This document shows positions 1 through 9,523 of a DNA stretch of 64,000 nucleotides, piece by piece; position 1 is the first letter of the stretch, and each line of letters begins with the position of its first letter. Below the pieces are notes generated by a model. That model saw only the letters and a program-made list of their open reading frames with translations, searched no databases and was not told the DNA's origin. Location of the stretch: positions 1-64,000 of IMG/VR virus record IMGVR_UViG_3300005289_000052; one strand, written 5' to 3'. A program made the position numbers and the translations under genes.

Positions 1-1
1 A

Positions 2-592
2 ATGCAATCGTTCATGGAGAAGATGGGTGGACGTCCGTTCACCATGACTGTCGTGAGCGCAGAAGGAAGTACCGAGACTCCTCAAGGTACCCAAGGGGCT
101 CCTGCTCAGGAGCAAAGTCAAGTATCGCCTCTGGCAGCATCGGTTGCGGCTCCAATGCCAACGCCTTCGCCGTCAGCGCCGACTGCTGCGCCTACCTTGG
201 CTTCTGTAAGCAATAGCTTCAGTGCTGGCTCTGGTGGTGGTAGTGCTGAACCACAACTCAACGTTGCCTCGGCTGCGTTGTACTCCAAAGCCCAAGCAGA
301 GAAGCAGGCTAACGCTGTAGCGGTCCAAGACCGTGAGAACAATAGCCAGCTTCAAACTAACGTGGGGTCGATTACCGACTACTTGAAACAACAGTTGGAA
401 ATGCAGACCAAGATGGCTACGTCGCTGGATAACATCGACAAGAACATCCAACACTTGGTTGAGTCCGAACCTGCTCAAGGTCAGGCTCCTGCTGAGAAAC
501 AAGCACAAGCGCCACAAGGTAACACCGCATCACGACCTGCCGAAGTCGCTGTTCGCAGCACTCCGATCAGCCTGAGACGTATGAAGGCATAA
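2..592 (+). CDS. C-terminal end (truncated by window edge) of a large tail protein, likely phiKZ gp181-like lytic/tape-measure tail protein
   Basis: Open frame from window start; Ala/Pro/Gln/Ser-rich low-complexity tail; followed by a terminator and a gp182-like gene. Identity inferred from synteny only. Confidence 0.55.
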   Translation: MQSFMEKMGGRPFTMTVVSAEGSTETPQGTQGAPAQEQSQVSPLAASVAAPMPTPSPSAPTAAPTLASVSNSFSAGSGGGSAEPQLNVASAALYSKAQAEKQANAVAVQDRENNSQLQTNVGSITDYLKQQLEMQTKMATSLDNIDKNIQHLVESEPAQGQAPAEKQAQAPQGNTASRPAEVAVRSTPISLRRMKA

Positions 593-594
593 AC

Positions 595-624
595 GGAGAG
601 GGGGCAACCCCTCTCCTTTCTTTT
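595..624 (+). terminator. Intrinsic terminator
   Basis: GGAGAGGGG-GCAA-CCCCTCTCC followed by TTTCTTTT. Confidence 0.85.
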
Positions 625-635
625 GAGGTCAGTCT

Positions 636-2603
636 ATGGCTACCGCCACACAGATTAAAGACACAGACTGGATCAGACAATCGTTTATGTTGCCCCGAAA
701 GGCCATTGCGAATGCGGACTCGATTCGACGCACGTTAACCGATGCTCGATTCAAGTTCACAGACACACGCCTGGGTGGTAACTTTGCGATTAACCCTCCT
801 CCCCAGTTCACTCGCTATGCAGACTTGGTGGTTCCGAGTTTGTACAGTGGGTCAACCGGACAGGGTCGCTACTACAGTGAGGCCATTGACGACAACGCAC
901 AATTGATCCATATGCGTTTTGGTGTCCCGGAGTTTAACTCCCTCACTAACTTCTTCTTCAACTTCTACAACCCACAGGCTGCTACCCTTGCACGTACGGG
1001 TCGGGCTAACCCCCTGTCCTTCGCATTGGGTAAGTTGTTCGGTACAGTAATCACCTTGCCTCTCCAGTTGTTAATCACTGGCGGTGCAGCGTTGAGCTTC
1101 TTCTTAGGTCGTCCTACGTCGAAGTACTACTACCTCAAGCCTGCCATGCCATTGTACTGGAACGCAGTGAATACCATCGCCAACGGTATCGCTGTAAACA
1201 TGGGTCTCACCCCACGTACCTTCCAGGACGATGAAAAGAAATCCATGCCGGGTACTTTAGAGAACACGGCAGAAGCGTCGAGAACTTACCACGCATTCAA
1301 CCCAGGCATCTGGCACGAATCAGGTCAGATCGACGTCTATTCGTTGGCAACCAATGCTCAGCGTCTGGCAAACGATCAACGAGCGAAGATGGAGGAGATC
1401 CTTGAGACCCGAGAGTCTCCAGCGGCTATCCGATCAGCCATCTTGCAATACCGTGAGAAACCACAGATCAACGACAGTCGTGTCTTCAAGGACTTTGAGT
1501 CTTACCTGTCAGCCTATCAAGGGTTGAACAAGAAGGACGCAGAGACCGACGACGGTAGTGCCGAGAAGACGGGTGATACACGAACCTATGAGAAGTCGCT
1601 GTTGGACTTTATGGAACGTGAGCACAACGACGGTGGTCAATGGGTCACCTTCAACGTAGAACACACTGGTACCGCAGCAGAGAGCTTCCAAAGTTCTACC
1701 CGTGAGTCAGACATCTCGTCTAAACTTAACGGTCTGTCTGCTACTGGTCGTTCTGCACGTTTCTCCACCGCTGATGGTCAAACTGGTATCAACCCAATCG
1801 ATAGCGTTATGTCGATGGTTGGTAGCTTTATCGACGGTGCATTGGACTCTATTAAGCTGTCAGGCTTGATGGCGTTCTCTGGTATGGCGATTGCTGACAT
1901 TCCAAAGATGTGGGAATCCTCCTCGGCTCAACTGCCACGGATGGACTACACCATTAAGCTGCGGACTCCGTACGGGAACAAGTTCTCTCGGTTCTGTGAC
2001 CTGATGGTTCCACTGTCGATGCTGTTGGCTGCTGCTCTGCCAATCTCCACGGGTAAGCAATCCTACACCGCTCCGTTCCTTTGCGAACTCTACTCCAAAG
2101 GTCGTGCGCAAACACGTCTTGGTATTGTTGAGTCGTTGAGCATCACCCGTGGTACGGGTAACTTGGGTTGGACGCAAGACCAGGAACCTCTGGGTATTGA
2201 CGTGACCTTCTCTGTGGTAGACCTGTCTTCTATCATGCACATGCCAATCAACGCAGGGTTCTCCTTGAACGATGCGGTGGCAACTGGTCTGGGTGTGGGT
2301 ACTGCACTGTTGGGTGGCGGTGGCGTTAAGTCACTGGCTGCTGGTGCGTCGATGATTGCAGGTACTGACTTCGCTAAGGGTGTGTTCTCTGAAGACACCA
2401 TGTTCTCCGACTATCTGGCTATCCTGTCGAGTATGTCTCTCACTGAGCAGACGTACACGTATCAGAAGCTCAGGGTCAACTTGGCGAAACAAATGGGCTC
2501 GATGAATACCTGGTTCTCGAAGTCTCACTTTGCCAACTGGTTCATGAACACCACGCCTGCGCGGTTGTTCTCTGGATTCGCAATTGGTACAGGGCTTGGA
2601 TGA
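636..2603 (+). CDS. Virion tail-tip/baseplate protein, phiKZ gp182-like
   Basis: 655 aa, GAGGT RBS at 625; motifs GGNFAINPPPQFT, LRTPYGN, ESLSITRGTG as recalled for phiKZ-like tail-tip proteins; synteny. Confidence 0.7.
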   Translation: MATATQIKDTDWIRQSFMLPRKAIANADSIRRTLTDARFKFTDTRLGGNFAINPPPQFTRYADLVVPSLYSGSTGQGRYYSEAIDDNAQLIHMRFGVPEFNSLTNFFFNFYNPQAATLARTGRANPLSFALGKLFGTVITLPLQLLITGGAALSFFLGRPTSKYYYLKPAMPLYWNAVNTIANGIAVNMGLTPRTFQDDEKKSMPGTLENTAEASRTYHAFNPGIWHESGQIDVYSLATNAQRLANDQRAKMEEILETRESPAAIRSAILQYREKPQINDSRVFKDFESYLSAYQGLNKKDAETDDGSAEKTGDTRTYEKSLLDFMEREHNDGGQWVTFNVEHTGTAAESFQSSTRESDISSKLNGLSATGRSARFSTADGQTGINPIDSVMSMVGSFIDGALDSIKLSGLMAFSGMAIADIPKMWESSSAQLPRMDYTIKLRTPYGNKFSRFCDLMVPLSMLLAAALPISTGKQSYTAPFLCELYSKGRAQTRLGIVESLSITRGTGNLGWTQDQEPLGIDVTFSVVDLSSIMHMPINAGFSLNDAVATGLGVGTALLGGGGVKSLAAGASMIAGTDFAKGVFSEDTMFSDYLAILSSMSLTEQTYTYQKLRVNLAKQMGSMNTWFSKSHFANWFMNTTPARLFSGFAIGTGLG

Positions 2604-2640
2604 CGGCATAGAGGGAGGCCACCAGGCCTCCCCTTATGCT
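2602..2640. terminator. Bidirectional hairpin between convergent genes, flanked by GCATA/TATGC
   Basis: GACGGCATAGAGGGAGGCC-ACCA-GGCCTCCCCTTATGC. Confidence 0.8.
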
Positions 2641-3647
2641 CAGTCGAACTTGGCCAGTGGATACCACTGTTTTAAGAACGAGGTCAAAGCTGCTGACCGG
2701 TACGTCGGTGCAATCATGATCGGAAGCTTGTAGGCTTCCATGCGACCCAACAACACCACAGCGTGTGTCGAGGCGTACGTGAACATCTCAAGGTTATCCA
2801 CCACAGCACCGTTGCGGGTGTAGTTCGCCCAATTAGGGTCGATGTGGTTTAAGACCTCTAGCAGCTCCGTAGCGCGCTGATCGTACTGAGCCGGTGTGGT
2901 ATTGTCCGCGAACTTGTAAAACATCAGGATACGCTTGCAGGCGTCTGGTAGCGTGCCTAGCACACCCCCTGGCGTCAACGTGTCACCCATCTTCTTCAAA
3001 GCATCGATGTTGCTCGTCAGAACAGCTACTGGGTAGTTGGTTCGGTAGGCGTAGTAACCCACAGACTTGTCACTGGTGGACTTGATTGCTTCATCCAACA
3101 GATCAGTAGCACCAGACCTGATCGCGTAGTCAATGATGGTGGATGCCATCGCTGCTTCTGCTGCCAAGTCAAAGACGTTGAACACATCGGACTTACCAGT
3201 TAACTCTTTAGCCAAACGAGCCAAACCAGTAGCATCATCGAGATTACCCGACATGTACATCTTCACACCAGTCTGGGTAGCCCCCATAATGGAGCTGACT
3301 GTTTCCTTCGACACCCCAAACTTGTCAAAGGTTTCAAACATGGTGTTCTGCATCCCACCAGTTAGGGTCTTGATTAAACCACCCGAACCTAAGGACTTAC
3401 CGATACGCAACAACGCATCAGTCTTAGACAACTTGCCCGACGCAGCATTGGTCACATCTTTAATGATGGACTTCAACGCACCAGGGTTTTTCCTCAATGT
3501 CGCAGCAGCATCGGCACTGAAGTTCTTCAGAATGTCCGGCAACTGGTTGAGGGTAGTGTTCGCTTTCTGTTTGTAGTGGTCAACCGTGAGGAGAGCATCC
3601 ACCGGTCCAGACTTAAACAGGGAAGACGCTACTTTATTCGCAGACAT
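2640..3647 (-). CDS. Hypothetical protein, probably virion structural
   Basis: Long ORF; start moved to MSANK (3647), which has a G-rich RBS; codon usage like neighbours. Confidence 0.6.
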   Translation of the reverse strand: MSANKVASSLFKSGPVDALLTVDHYKQKANTTLNQLPDILKNFSADAAATLRKNPGALKSIIKDVTNAASGKLSKTDALLRIGKSLGSGGLIKTLTGGMQNTMFETFDKFGVSKETVSSIMGATQTGVKMYMSGNLDDATGLARLAKELTGKSDVFNVFDLAAEAAMASTIIDYAIRSGATDLLDEAIKSTSDKSVGYYAYRTNYPVAVLTSNIDALKKMGDTLTPGGVLGTLPDACKRILMFYKFADNTTPAQYDQRATELLEVLNHIDPNWANYTRNGAVVDNLEMFTYASTHAVVLLGRMEAYKLPIMIAPTYRSAALTSFLKQWYPLAKFD

Positions 3648-3666
3648 ACTGAGCCCCCCACGAGAC

Positions 3667-3700
3667 AAAAAAAAAAGAAGGGACCGAAGCCCCTTCTTTT
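3667..3700 (-). terminator. Intrinsic terminator with cUUCGg loop
   Basis: Minus strand GAAGGGGC-TTCG-GTCCCTTC followed by a 10-T run. Confidence 0.85.
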
Positions 3701-3704
3701 CGTG

Positions 3705-4226
3705 TTAACGCTTCCTGAGGAATTCACGGATCTCAGTGAGGTCCGTTACTAACCGTCCAGGATTCTTTGGGGCAACGACCTTACAGTTTCCTGAGTCCGG
3801 GTCCCCATAGTAATAGTAGTGCGTTAACGGCTCGCAACTGTCCATGAACAGCTTGAACAACTTAGGGTTTTGTGTCACCTTCGCAAGGAGCCCTAAGCGC
3901 ATGTGGTAATCGAAGTCGTGGTTGAGCACCATGTGGGTACGGCTTAACTCCACACCCCTTCGTTTGGCTTCGATACCCCAGAGAGTTCGAAACTCTTCGA
4001 ATCGCTTTACCTCGCCGGTCGCTTTGTTTTCTTCGCCGACTTTGAGGTAGTAGTGCAATCCTTCTGCCGATTGAAAGTACCCAAGGATCGGATGCTTAAT
4101 CGGTGTCTGTGCAAAGTTGGTGAGCAGTCTCCCCAACTCCGTGCGTCCTTTTGTATAAACGTTACAGTGAGTAACGCCGTCCATCATTGGATTTGGTTCC
4201 ATTACGTTCTCTTTCTGTTTCGGCAT
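3705..4226 (-). CDS. NADAR (YbiA / T4 gp30.3-like) family protein
   Basis: LTNFAQTP..F.SAEG...LK near the N-terminus and AKVTQNPKLFKLFMDS..LTH later parallel the NADAR motifs LSNF..F...E...Q..K and AKF.Q...L...L. Confidence 0.6.
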   Translation of the reverse strand: MPKQKENVMEPNPMMDGVTHCNVYTKGRTELGRLLTNFAQTPIKHPILGYFQSAEGLHYYLKVGEENKATGEVKRFEEFRTLWGIEAKRRGVELSRTHMVLNHDFDYHMRLGLLAKVTQNPKLFKLFMDSCEPLTHYYYYGDPDSGNCKVVAPKNPGRLVTDLTEIREFLRKR

Positions 4227-4253
4227 ACAGCCGCCCACACGGAGCGGCCATAA

Positions 4254-4733
4254 CTACTGCTTATTACCCAAGCTTGGATCGATTGCTTCCAGCGCTCTAA
4301 CCAGACTTTCGACGGTGGGCCCAGCATGCTTCACTGGGATTCGGGATTCATCATCGGCTGGTTGTTCAGCTTCCGACAAATGGATGATGGTAGAGTACTC
4401 GGTCTTAAGACCTGTTCGCCACTCAAACTCTAACGTCATCTTTACACGCAAAGGATTTAGAAATCGCAACGCCTTCTCAAAGACCCCCCACGTCATGGTT
4501 GGGCGCAAGAGTTCCTTAGAAAGGTTCCCTCGGGCTGATGACATGTCGCGTGGGTTCTGTGGGATACGATTTCGTGGGTCCTTCAAATAACGCAACATGT
4601 TCCGGTTCCAAACGTTCTTGTTAAACGTCTGGTCAGCCATGATGCGTCGAAACAACTTACTCAGGGTGCCGCTGGCTTCGTCGACCGCTTTGTTCTTCGA
4701 GTCGAGTATCCGAGTGAGATCCTTGTTTTGCAT
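4254..4733 (-). CDS. Hypothetical protein
   Basis: ORF; start MQNKD has a TGAGG RBS; basic helical N-terminal half. Confidence 0.7.
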   Translation of the reverse strand: MQNKDLTRILDSKNKAVDEASGTLSKLFRRIMADQTFNKNVWNRNMLRYLKDPRNRIPQNPRDMSSARGNLSKELLRPTMTWGVFEKALRFLNPLRVKMTLEFEWRTGLKTEYSTIIHLSEAEQPADDESRIPVKHAGPTVESLVRALEAIDPSLGNKQ

Positions 4734-5229
4734 ACAGTTGGGCCTCAATTAGTGCTAGGGTAACCGCCTCGGTTTCACCCATCAAGTGAGTGAACTGGCG
4801 AACGTAGTAGTCAACGTTCCCTTTTGTATCGGCACTCTCGGATAGCAGCGCTTTCTGGAGTGTCTCCAGTTGAAGCTGGATTGCATTATAAACCTCCGCA
4901 GGCTTAAGTTGATGTCCGTTGTCAGTGGTCAGGTAATCGTCTAAGAGAGCTACCCGCATGTTCACAGGAAGATTCCTGCTGCGTTGTAGCTTCTCAGTGA
5001 CGACCAACCTTTCTCGGACTAGACGTGATGCTTCGTTCAGAAGAACGAGTAGCGCATACATGTTCGGGTGAGCAACCTCAAGTGTGACCCTGAGCCCGAC
5101 CAATGGTGTGTACCGATGCAATACCTTCTCATCTACCAGTTTGAGCAGAGACAGACAGTAGGTGACGTCCACTTCAAGGATGTCATCTGTAGTGTGCTTA
5201 GCTTTGACGGCCTGAATACGGTCTTGCAT
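4657..5229 (-). CDS. Hypothetical protein
   Basis: ORF; start moved from 5322 to 5229 because an early-promoter-like motif lies at 5272-5304. Confidence 0.65.
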   Translation of the reverse strand: MQDRIQAVKAKHTTDDILEVDVTYCLSLLKLVDEKVLHRYTPLVGLRVTLEVAHPNMYALLVLLNEASRLVRERLVVTEKLQRSRNLPVNMRVALLDDYLTTDNGHQLKPAEVYNAIQLQLETLQKALLSESADTKGNVDYYVRQFTHLMGETEAVTLALIEAQLYAKQGSHSDTRLEEQSGRRSQRHPE

Positions 5230-5271
5230 AGTAACTTCTTTGGGTCCACTGAACAAGTTTCTCAGACGACG

Positions 5272-5304
5272 TTCACTGGAATAATATACATTTGTAATAT
5301 TTTT
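5272..5304 (-). promoter_or_regulatory. Early (virion-RNAP) promoter-like motif, copy 1
   Basis: Minus strand AAAAATATTACAAATGTATATTATTCCAGTGAA; ~26/33 match to 10531-10563; core resembles phiKZ early TATATTAC. Confidence 0.65.
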
Positions 5305-5320
5305 GATCAGGGTGCGGAAC

Positions 5321-5734
5321 ATGGCTCAAGACCTTATGACGGATGACGACATCCTGCGGTTTACTCAAGGACAGCGCAGGAAGTTGGAGGCCCACCTATT
5401 ACAGAACGGGTGGCCTCAGGATGCCGATGGACAAACTCAGTTGATGAGTCTCTGGAACGACATGGATCGTCAGGCGTTGGGCAACAAGCGAATCGGTGTC
5501 GAGCAGAAAGCTTCCGAAGCCGACCGGATGATCGCTACGGTGATTGCCGACGTTGCGAAACGTTTTGGTGCTCAAGTTCCTTTCGCTCAAGGCGAAGGTG
5601 GCTTGGTCATCGACCACAATCCGCCAGATGGTGCGGAAATGTTGCCACGCATCAGCACTGTTCCTGGTGAGATGGACATTGGTATCGAGACTCAAAACTT
5701 CAACGACTTTGTCAAGAAGTTCGAAACCGAATAA
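5321..5734 (+). CDS. Hypothetical protein
   Basis: ORF from MAQDL, divergent from 5229, ends before a bidirectional hairpin. Confidence 0.7.
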   Translation: MAQDLMTDDDILRFTQGQRRKLEAHLLQNGWPQDADGQTQLMSLWNDMDRQALGNKRIGVEQKASEADRMIATVIADVAKRFGAQVPFAQGEGGLVIDHNPPDGAEMLPRISTVPGEMDIGIETQNFNDFVKKFETE

Positions 5735-5770
5735 TGCCATAGTATCATCATACTCTGTAATTTCTGACTT

Positions 5771-5808
5771 GGGCATAAGGGGAGGCTCAGGCCTCCCTCT
5801 ATGCTGTC
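5771..5808. terminator. Bidirectional hairpin with GCATA/TATGC flanks
   Basis: GGCATAAGGGGAGGC-TCAG-GCCTCCCTCTATGCTGTC between convergent genes. Confidence 0.8.
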
Positions 5809-6520
5809 AGTTCACTGGACAGAAGAACTTCAAGTCCAGTAGGTGCATGTCAACAAAGAGCTTGGCAGAACCTTCCACCAGCTCAAACGGAGACACCACA
5901 CCGTAACCTTCGATGGTAATGTCTTTCTCAGTAAAGTCCTTTACAAAGGACATCGCTGGGGCAAACACGGTAACTGTCGGCGCACTTACCTTCTCGAAGT
6001 TCTTAGACTGCACACCCAGCCAGTAGTTGTAGTCGTAGAGGATATAAGCCGAGTACTCAGCATTGAGCATGGTCGGAGTAATTTCCTCAGGACGATACCA
6101 CACCGCTTCCATCTTGGCCCGGTTGTTCACAAACACCGAGATGCTGGTCAGGTAGGCATCTTGTTCCTGTTGGGTTAGCGCGTATGGCCAGAAGTTGACT
6201 GTCAGGATCAAGTCACCCACGTGTGGCGAGTTTACCTGTTGGTCACCTAGCTCATCGAACAGCGTAGTCAGGATCAGACACATGTTGGTAGCCAAGGCTC
6301 CACGCAGAGTGTCTTTGTCCCGCTTGGCGTACTGCTCTTTGAATGCGGCGTTAGTGACCAGTCCCTCAGTGTACTTCTCAAAGTCGTCTGAGAGGCGCTT
6401 CCAATACGACGGCTGCATCATCAACTTAGCAGCATCGGGGTTACAACGAGCCAGACTTGGGATACGAGTATCCAGCAGGGCGTCTAGCTCAACGAGGACG
6501 TTCTGGTCATTGTCACTCAT
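5807..6520 (-). CDS. Hypothetical protein, possible degenerate HAD-like fold
   Basis: 237 aa; N-terminal VLVELDALLDT resembles HAD motif I but with E for the nucleophilic D; overlaps the upstream stop. Confidence 0.65.
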   Translation of the reverse strand: MSDNDQNVLVELDALLDTRIPSLARCNPDAAKLMMQPSYWKRLSDDFEKYTEGLVTNAAFKEQYAKRDKDTLRGALATNMCLILTTLFDELGDQQVNSPHVGDLILTVNFWPYALTQQEQDAYLTSISVFVNNRAKMEAVWYRPEEITPTMLNAEYSAYILYDYNYWLGVQSKNFEKVSAPTVTVFAPAMSFVKDFTEKDITIEGYGVVSPFELVEGSAKLFVDMHLLDLKFFCPVN

Positions 6521-7008
6521 TCAGGTTCTCCCTCAGCCAACTTTTGGAGTTCCTCAGCCGACACGCCCAAAGCTTTCTGGAGGTCAGTCATGTCGATCAA
6601 CAGCGTAGCCTTCAACCACGGATAAAGACTAATGAACTTCTTGAGGTTTTCCTTGGAAGACATGCGCTCCAAGGTTTCGTCACCAATCGGTGCGTCTATC
6701 TCAATGCTGGCTTCGTAGACAATCGAGTAGGCTCGACTCAAACGCTCTACGATATCGGCCCACTGTTCATCATCAACGTGGAATGCTAAGTCCTGAGTCA
6801 CCAAGAACAGGAAGTCTGTCAGAACCTCCTCATCCCGAATGTGTTCCCAGAGAGCAGCCACCTGAGTATCACTGGCAACCTGATTCAACCGCACGTCGTT
6901 TTGAACGAAAAAAAGAAACTCGACGACTTGCAGCTTTTGTTTGTCATCCAACATTGCCTCATACCGACGGCGAACGATGGAGGTGAAAAGATCCAGTAAT
7001 GCTTGCAT
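6517..7008 (-). CDS. Hypothetical protein
   Basis: 163 aa ORF coupled to neighbours. Confidence 0.7.
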   Translation of the reverse strand: MQALLDLFTSIVRRRYEAMLDDKQKLQVVEFLFFVQNDVRLNQVASDTQVAALWEHIRDEEVLTDFLFLVTQDLAFHVDDEQWADIVERLSRAYSIVYEASIEIDAPIGDETLERMSSKENLKKFISLYPWLKATLLIDMTDLQKALGVSAEELQKLAEGEPE

Positions 7009-7009
7009 G

Positions 7010-7681
7010 TTACTTGTCCAGTGTGTTGTCCAGGTGGATGGTCTTGAGCAACACGGACAGTGTAGTCACAGACTTCACTTTGGTGCCAAACTGAGACAGG
7101 TACTCAAGGTTCACAGTACCCGTGTCAATGATAGACCGGTTCATGGCGTTGAACGCCTTGGAGTCACCACCCCGGAACTTAATCAGCTCGGTAATGGTTG
7201 AATCCAATCCCTGAGCAAACAACACCTGGAGTTCTGGGAAGGAGATCTTCGAGCCCTTGGAAGGACCAGTCGATTGTCCCGACAACTCGTCGATGTGTTT
7301 GTTGTTCTCAGGAATGGTGGACTTACTTTCCAGCAACTGGACCTGACGACGCAACGGCAGATCGATCACGAGATACTTTACAGGCGTCTGGTAGAGCTGA
7401 CCGGTGGTAGGGTCAGTCAAGAGAAGGTGTTCGAAGAATTCGTGTCCCAACTCTTTAGCAATCGCCAAGTTGCGCTGTAGGTCCAGTTTGTACTTACCCA
7501 GGTTCGGTACGTTGATAGTGAGAGTTTCCTCACCCGAGTCGAGCCTGTCGATGAAAGCACCGAATGCTTTATCAGACATTGCCGCAAGGCTAGTCCGATA
7601 GAACTCAGTGTTCGGGCTTCCCGGCAAGATCTTGTCAATGTAGCGCAAGATCATATCGGTTGCAGCTTTGCGGTTTGCCAT
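7010..7681 (-). CDS. rpoB: Virion RNA polymerase beta subunit, C-terminal fragment (phiKZ gp149-like)
   Basis: GSKISFPELQVLFAQG and TITELIKFRGGD..AFNAMNRSIIDTG parallel the beta C-terminal GQRFGEMEVWALEAYG and LQEMLTVKSDD regions; start MANRK. Confidence 0.8.
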   Translation of the reverse strand: MANRKAATDMILRYIDKILPGSPNTEFYRTSLAAMSDKAFGAFIDRLDSGEETLTINVPNLGKYKLDLQRNLAIAKELGHEFFEHLLLTDPTTGQLYQTPVKYLVIDLPLRRQVQLLESKSTIPENNKHIDELSGQSTGPSKGSKISFPELQVLFAQGLDSTITELIKFRGGDSKAFNAMNRSIIDTGTVNLEYLSQFGTKVKSVTTLSVLLKTIHLDNTLDK

Positions 7682-7713
7682 GATTGCAGTCCTGATTCTT
7701 AATACCCATAGAA

Positions 7714-8340
7714 TCAGAGTGTCAGAGCGAACTTCAAGTAAGAAACACCATGGGTCCACGCTGTTTGTGCAAACGTCGAGGTCACTGAATCGGTGTGGTT
7801 CGTACGGGAAGCAAACTCCACCGCATGAGTCACATGCTTGAACGAGTGGTCCAAGGCTTCCAATGCCAACTCAGGATCACGAGGCAAACGCACACTGCTA
7901 AACGGCAAACGACGACGGTGGATTACCGATGTCATAGCGTTGATGAAAGCTGGATCGCCCATGAAGTGAACCGCAGCACCTACACGAGGTTCTTCCGGGT
8001 CCCAACCTAGGTCTTCCAGCAATTTGAGGACGGTGTTCTCGATGTAGGTCATCTCACCGGTGAAGCGTGGGCAGTAGACCATCAAGTGAACGATGGAGTA
8101 CATCCCTTGGGTGCAATGACGCACGTCAGAAGAAGGTTGAGGTTCACCACCGCGAGTGATGCTCTCAGTCTCACCGTCCCGACTGAAACCCGCATCGCCA
8201 GTTCCCCGAGTGATGGAGATTGACTCGATACTGCAAAGACGCCTGTAGCCTCCGTTGGCTAGGTCTTGTACGTGATAGTCAACCCCTGGGTGGGGATTAA
8301 TGGGCAGGTGGAGAATCGCCTGCAATGCTGAATAGTCCAT
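7714..8340 (-). CDS. Hypothetical protein containing a tail-tip-like motif
   Basis: 208 aa ORF; residues 34-57 resemble a segment of the 636..2603 protein. Confidence 0.55.
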   Translation of the reverse strand: MDYSALQAILHLPINPHPGVDYHVQDLANGGYRRLCSIESISITRGTGDAGFSRDGETESITRGGEPQPSSDVRHCTQGMYSIVHLMVYCPRFTGEMTYIENTVLKLLEDLGWDPEEPRVGAAVHFMGDPAFINAMTSVIHRRRLPFSSVRLPRDPELALEALDHSFKHVTHAVEFASRTNHTDSVTSTFAQTAWTHGVSYLKFALTL

Positions 8341-8343
8341 AAC

Positions 8344-8622
8344 TCATTTCCAAGCGGGGAGTCCGTACGTAACAATCGTTTGGACTACGTGTTTATTGAA
8401 GAGGCGCATCCACTCTTTCTCGCTGACATCGTCCATCAAGCACTCACGTTCTTGAATGGTCGGTACAGGCAACAGCCCGAGTTGCATACGCAGGTAACGG
8501 TTCATATGGATGAGCGCATCAGCCTGCACTGGGGTCGGTTGATAGTGAGCAACAAACTTGGTAGCGCAATCGGGACTACGTTTGTTAATGGAGGATACGA
8601 CTGAGTTGTAAAGGGAATTCAT
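8344..8622 (-). CDS. Hypothetical protein
   Basis: 92 aa ORF downstream of an AT-rich intergenic region. Confidence 0.6.
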   Translation of the reverse strand: MNSLYNSVVSSINKRSPDCATKFVAHYQPTPVQADALIHMNRYLRMQLGLLPVPTIQERECLMDDVSEKEWMRLFNKHVVQTIVTYGLPAWK

Positions 8623-8693
8623 TTTAACACCTGTAAAGTAATGGACACATGGTCTTATATAGTTCCTCCACTCATTAAAGAATTACTACGTAC

Positions 8694-8724
8694 AAAAAAA
8701 TAACCCAGTCGAAACCGGGTTATT
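8694..8724 (-). terminator. Intrinsic terminator ending the small-gene cluster
   Basis: AATAACCC/GGGTTATT stem with a 7-A run on + (T-run on -). Confidence 0.7.
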
Positions 8725-8737
8725 AAAGGGGCGGTGC

Positions 8738-9124
8738 TCAGCCGCGTTGAATCGTTTTCTCCAACTCCATGATCTCTAACATGAGAGGTTCATAGCGGAG
8801 ATTCAGTCGATCACCGATTGTAAGCAGGCGGTCAACTTGGTGTCTGTGTAAGATCTCGCGGCGGATCTGTCCTTCAAGTTCAAGTTTGATTTGACCCGTG
8901 AACTGCCAGAGCCAGATCATCACCGCGAGGTTGTGTTGCAGTGCACCCATGAAGAACATCTTGAAGAGAACCTCCAAGTGTTCGTCAGTTACGATGCAGT
9001 CTTCTTCTTTGTCACGCACGATGTCTAGCAATCGCTTGATGCGATGGAACTGAGCTTGCATCTTGCGAGCTTCTTGCACTTTACCGACAATCAAGACTTT
9101 TGCAGCATAGACTTTAGCAGACAT
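8738..9124 (-). CDS. Small hypothetical (early) protein
   Basis: 128 aa, co-oriented cluster. Confidence 0.7.
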   Translation of the reverse strand: MSAKVYAAKVLIVGKVQEARKMQAQFHRIKRLLDIVRDKEEDCIVTDEHLEVLFKMFFMGALQHNLAVMIWLWQFTGQIKLELEGQIRREILHRHQVDRLLTIGDRLNLRYEPLMLEIMELEKTIQRG

Positions 9125-9154
9125 TCTTAGTTCTCCGTAGAACCTGAGTTTAGA

Positions 9155-9499
9155 TTAGTGTGCGACGTTGAGTACGTCCCAGACTTTGTGGTGCTCCCAA
9201 TCACGGTAGGTTTCCACACGGTCAGCCATTGGCATGTTCTCACCGTTCAGTTTGTTACCTACAGCGTTGCGGCTCAGTACCAGTTGGTTGTTCATGAACT
9301 CGATGGCACAGAGGTTGGTAGCGACACCATCGATCAAACCAACTACCGTTTCCCATTCGCCTTCGTGGCCGAACAGGGCAACGTGAGTCAGGCGGATGGG
9401 GCGCCGGGTTGCAGCGTCGATCACCAGGCCTTTTTCAGCCAGGATAGTTTCGATGATCGAAGTGTTACGCAGACGCAGAGTGTCGATTTTGTTTTCCAT
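9155..9499 (-). CDS. Small hypothetical (early) protein
   Basis: 114 aa, AAGGAGAG RBS. Confidence 0.75.
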   Translation of the reverse strand: MENKIDTLRLRNTSIIETILAEKGLVIDAATRRPIRLTHVALFGHEGEWETVVGLIDGVATNLCAIEFMNNQLVLSRNAVGNKLNGENMPMADRVETYRDWEHHKVWDVLNVAH

Positions 9500-9523
9500 G
9501 GTGTCTCTCCTTGAGGTTTGTTT

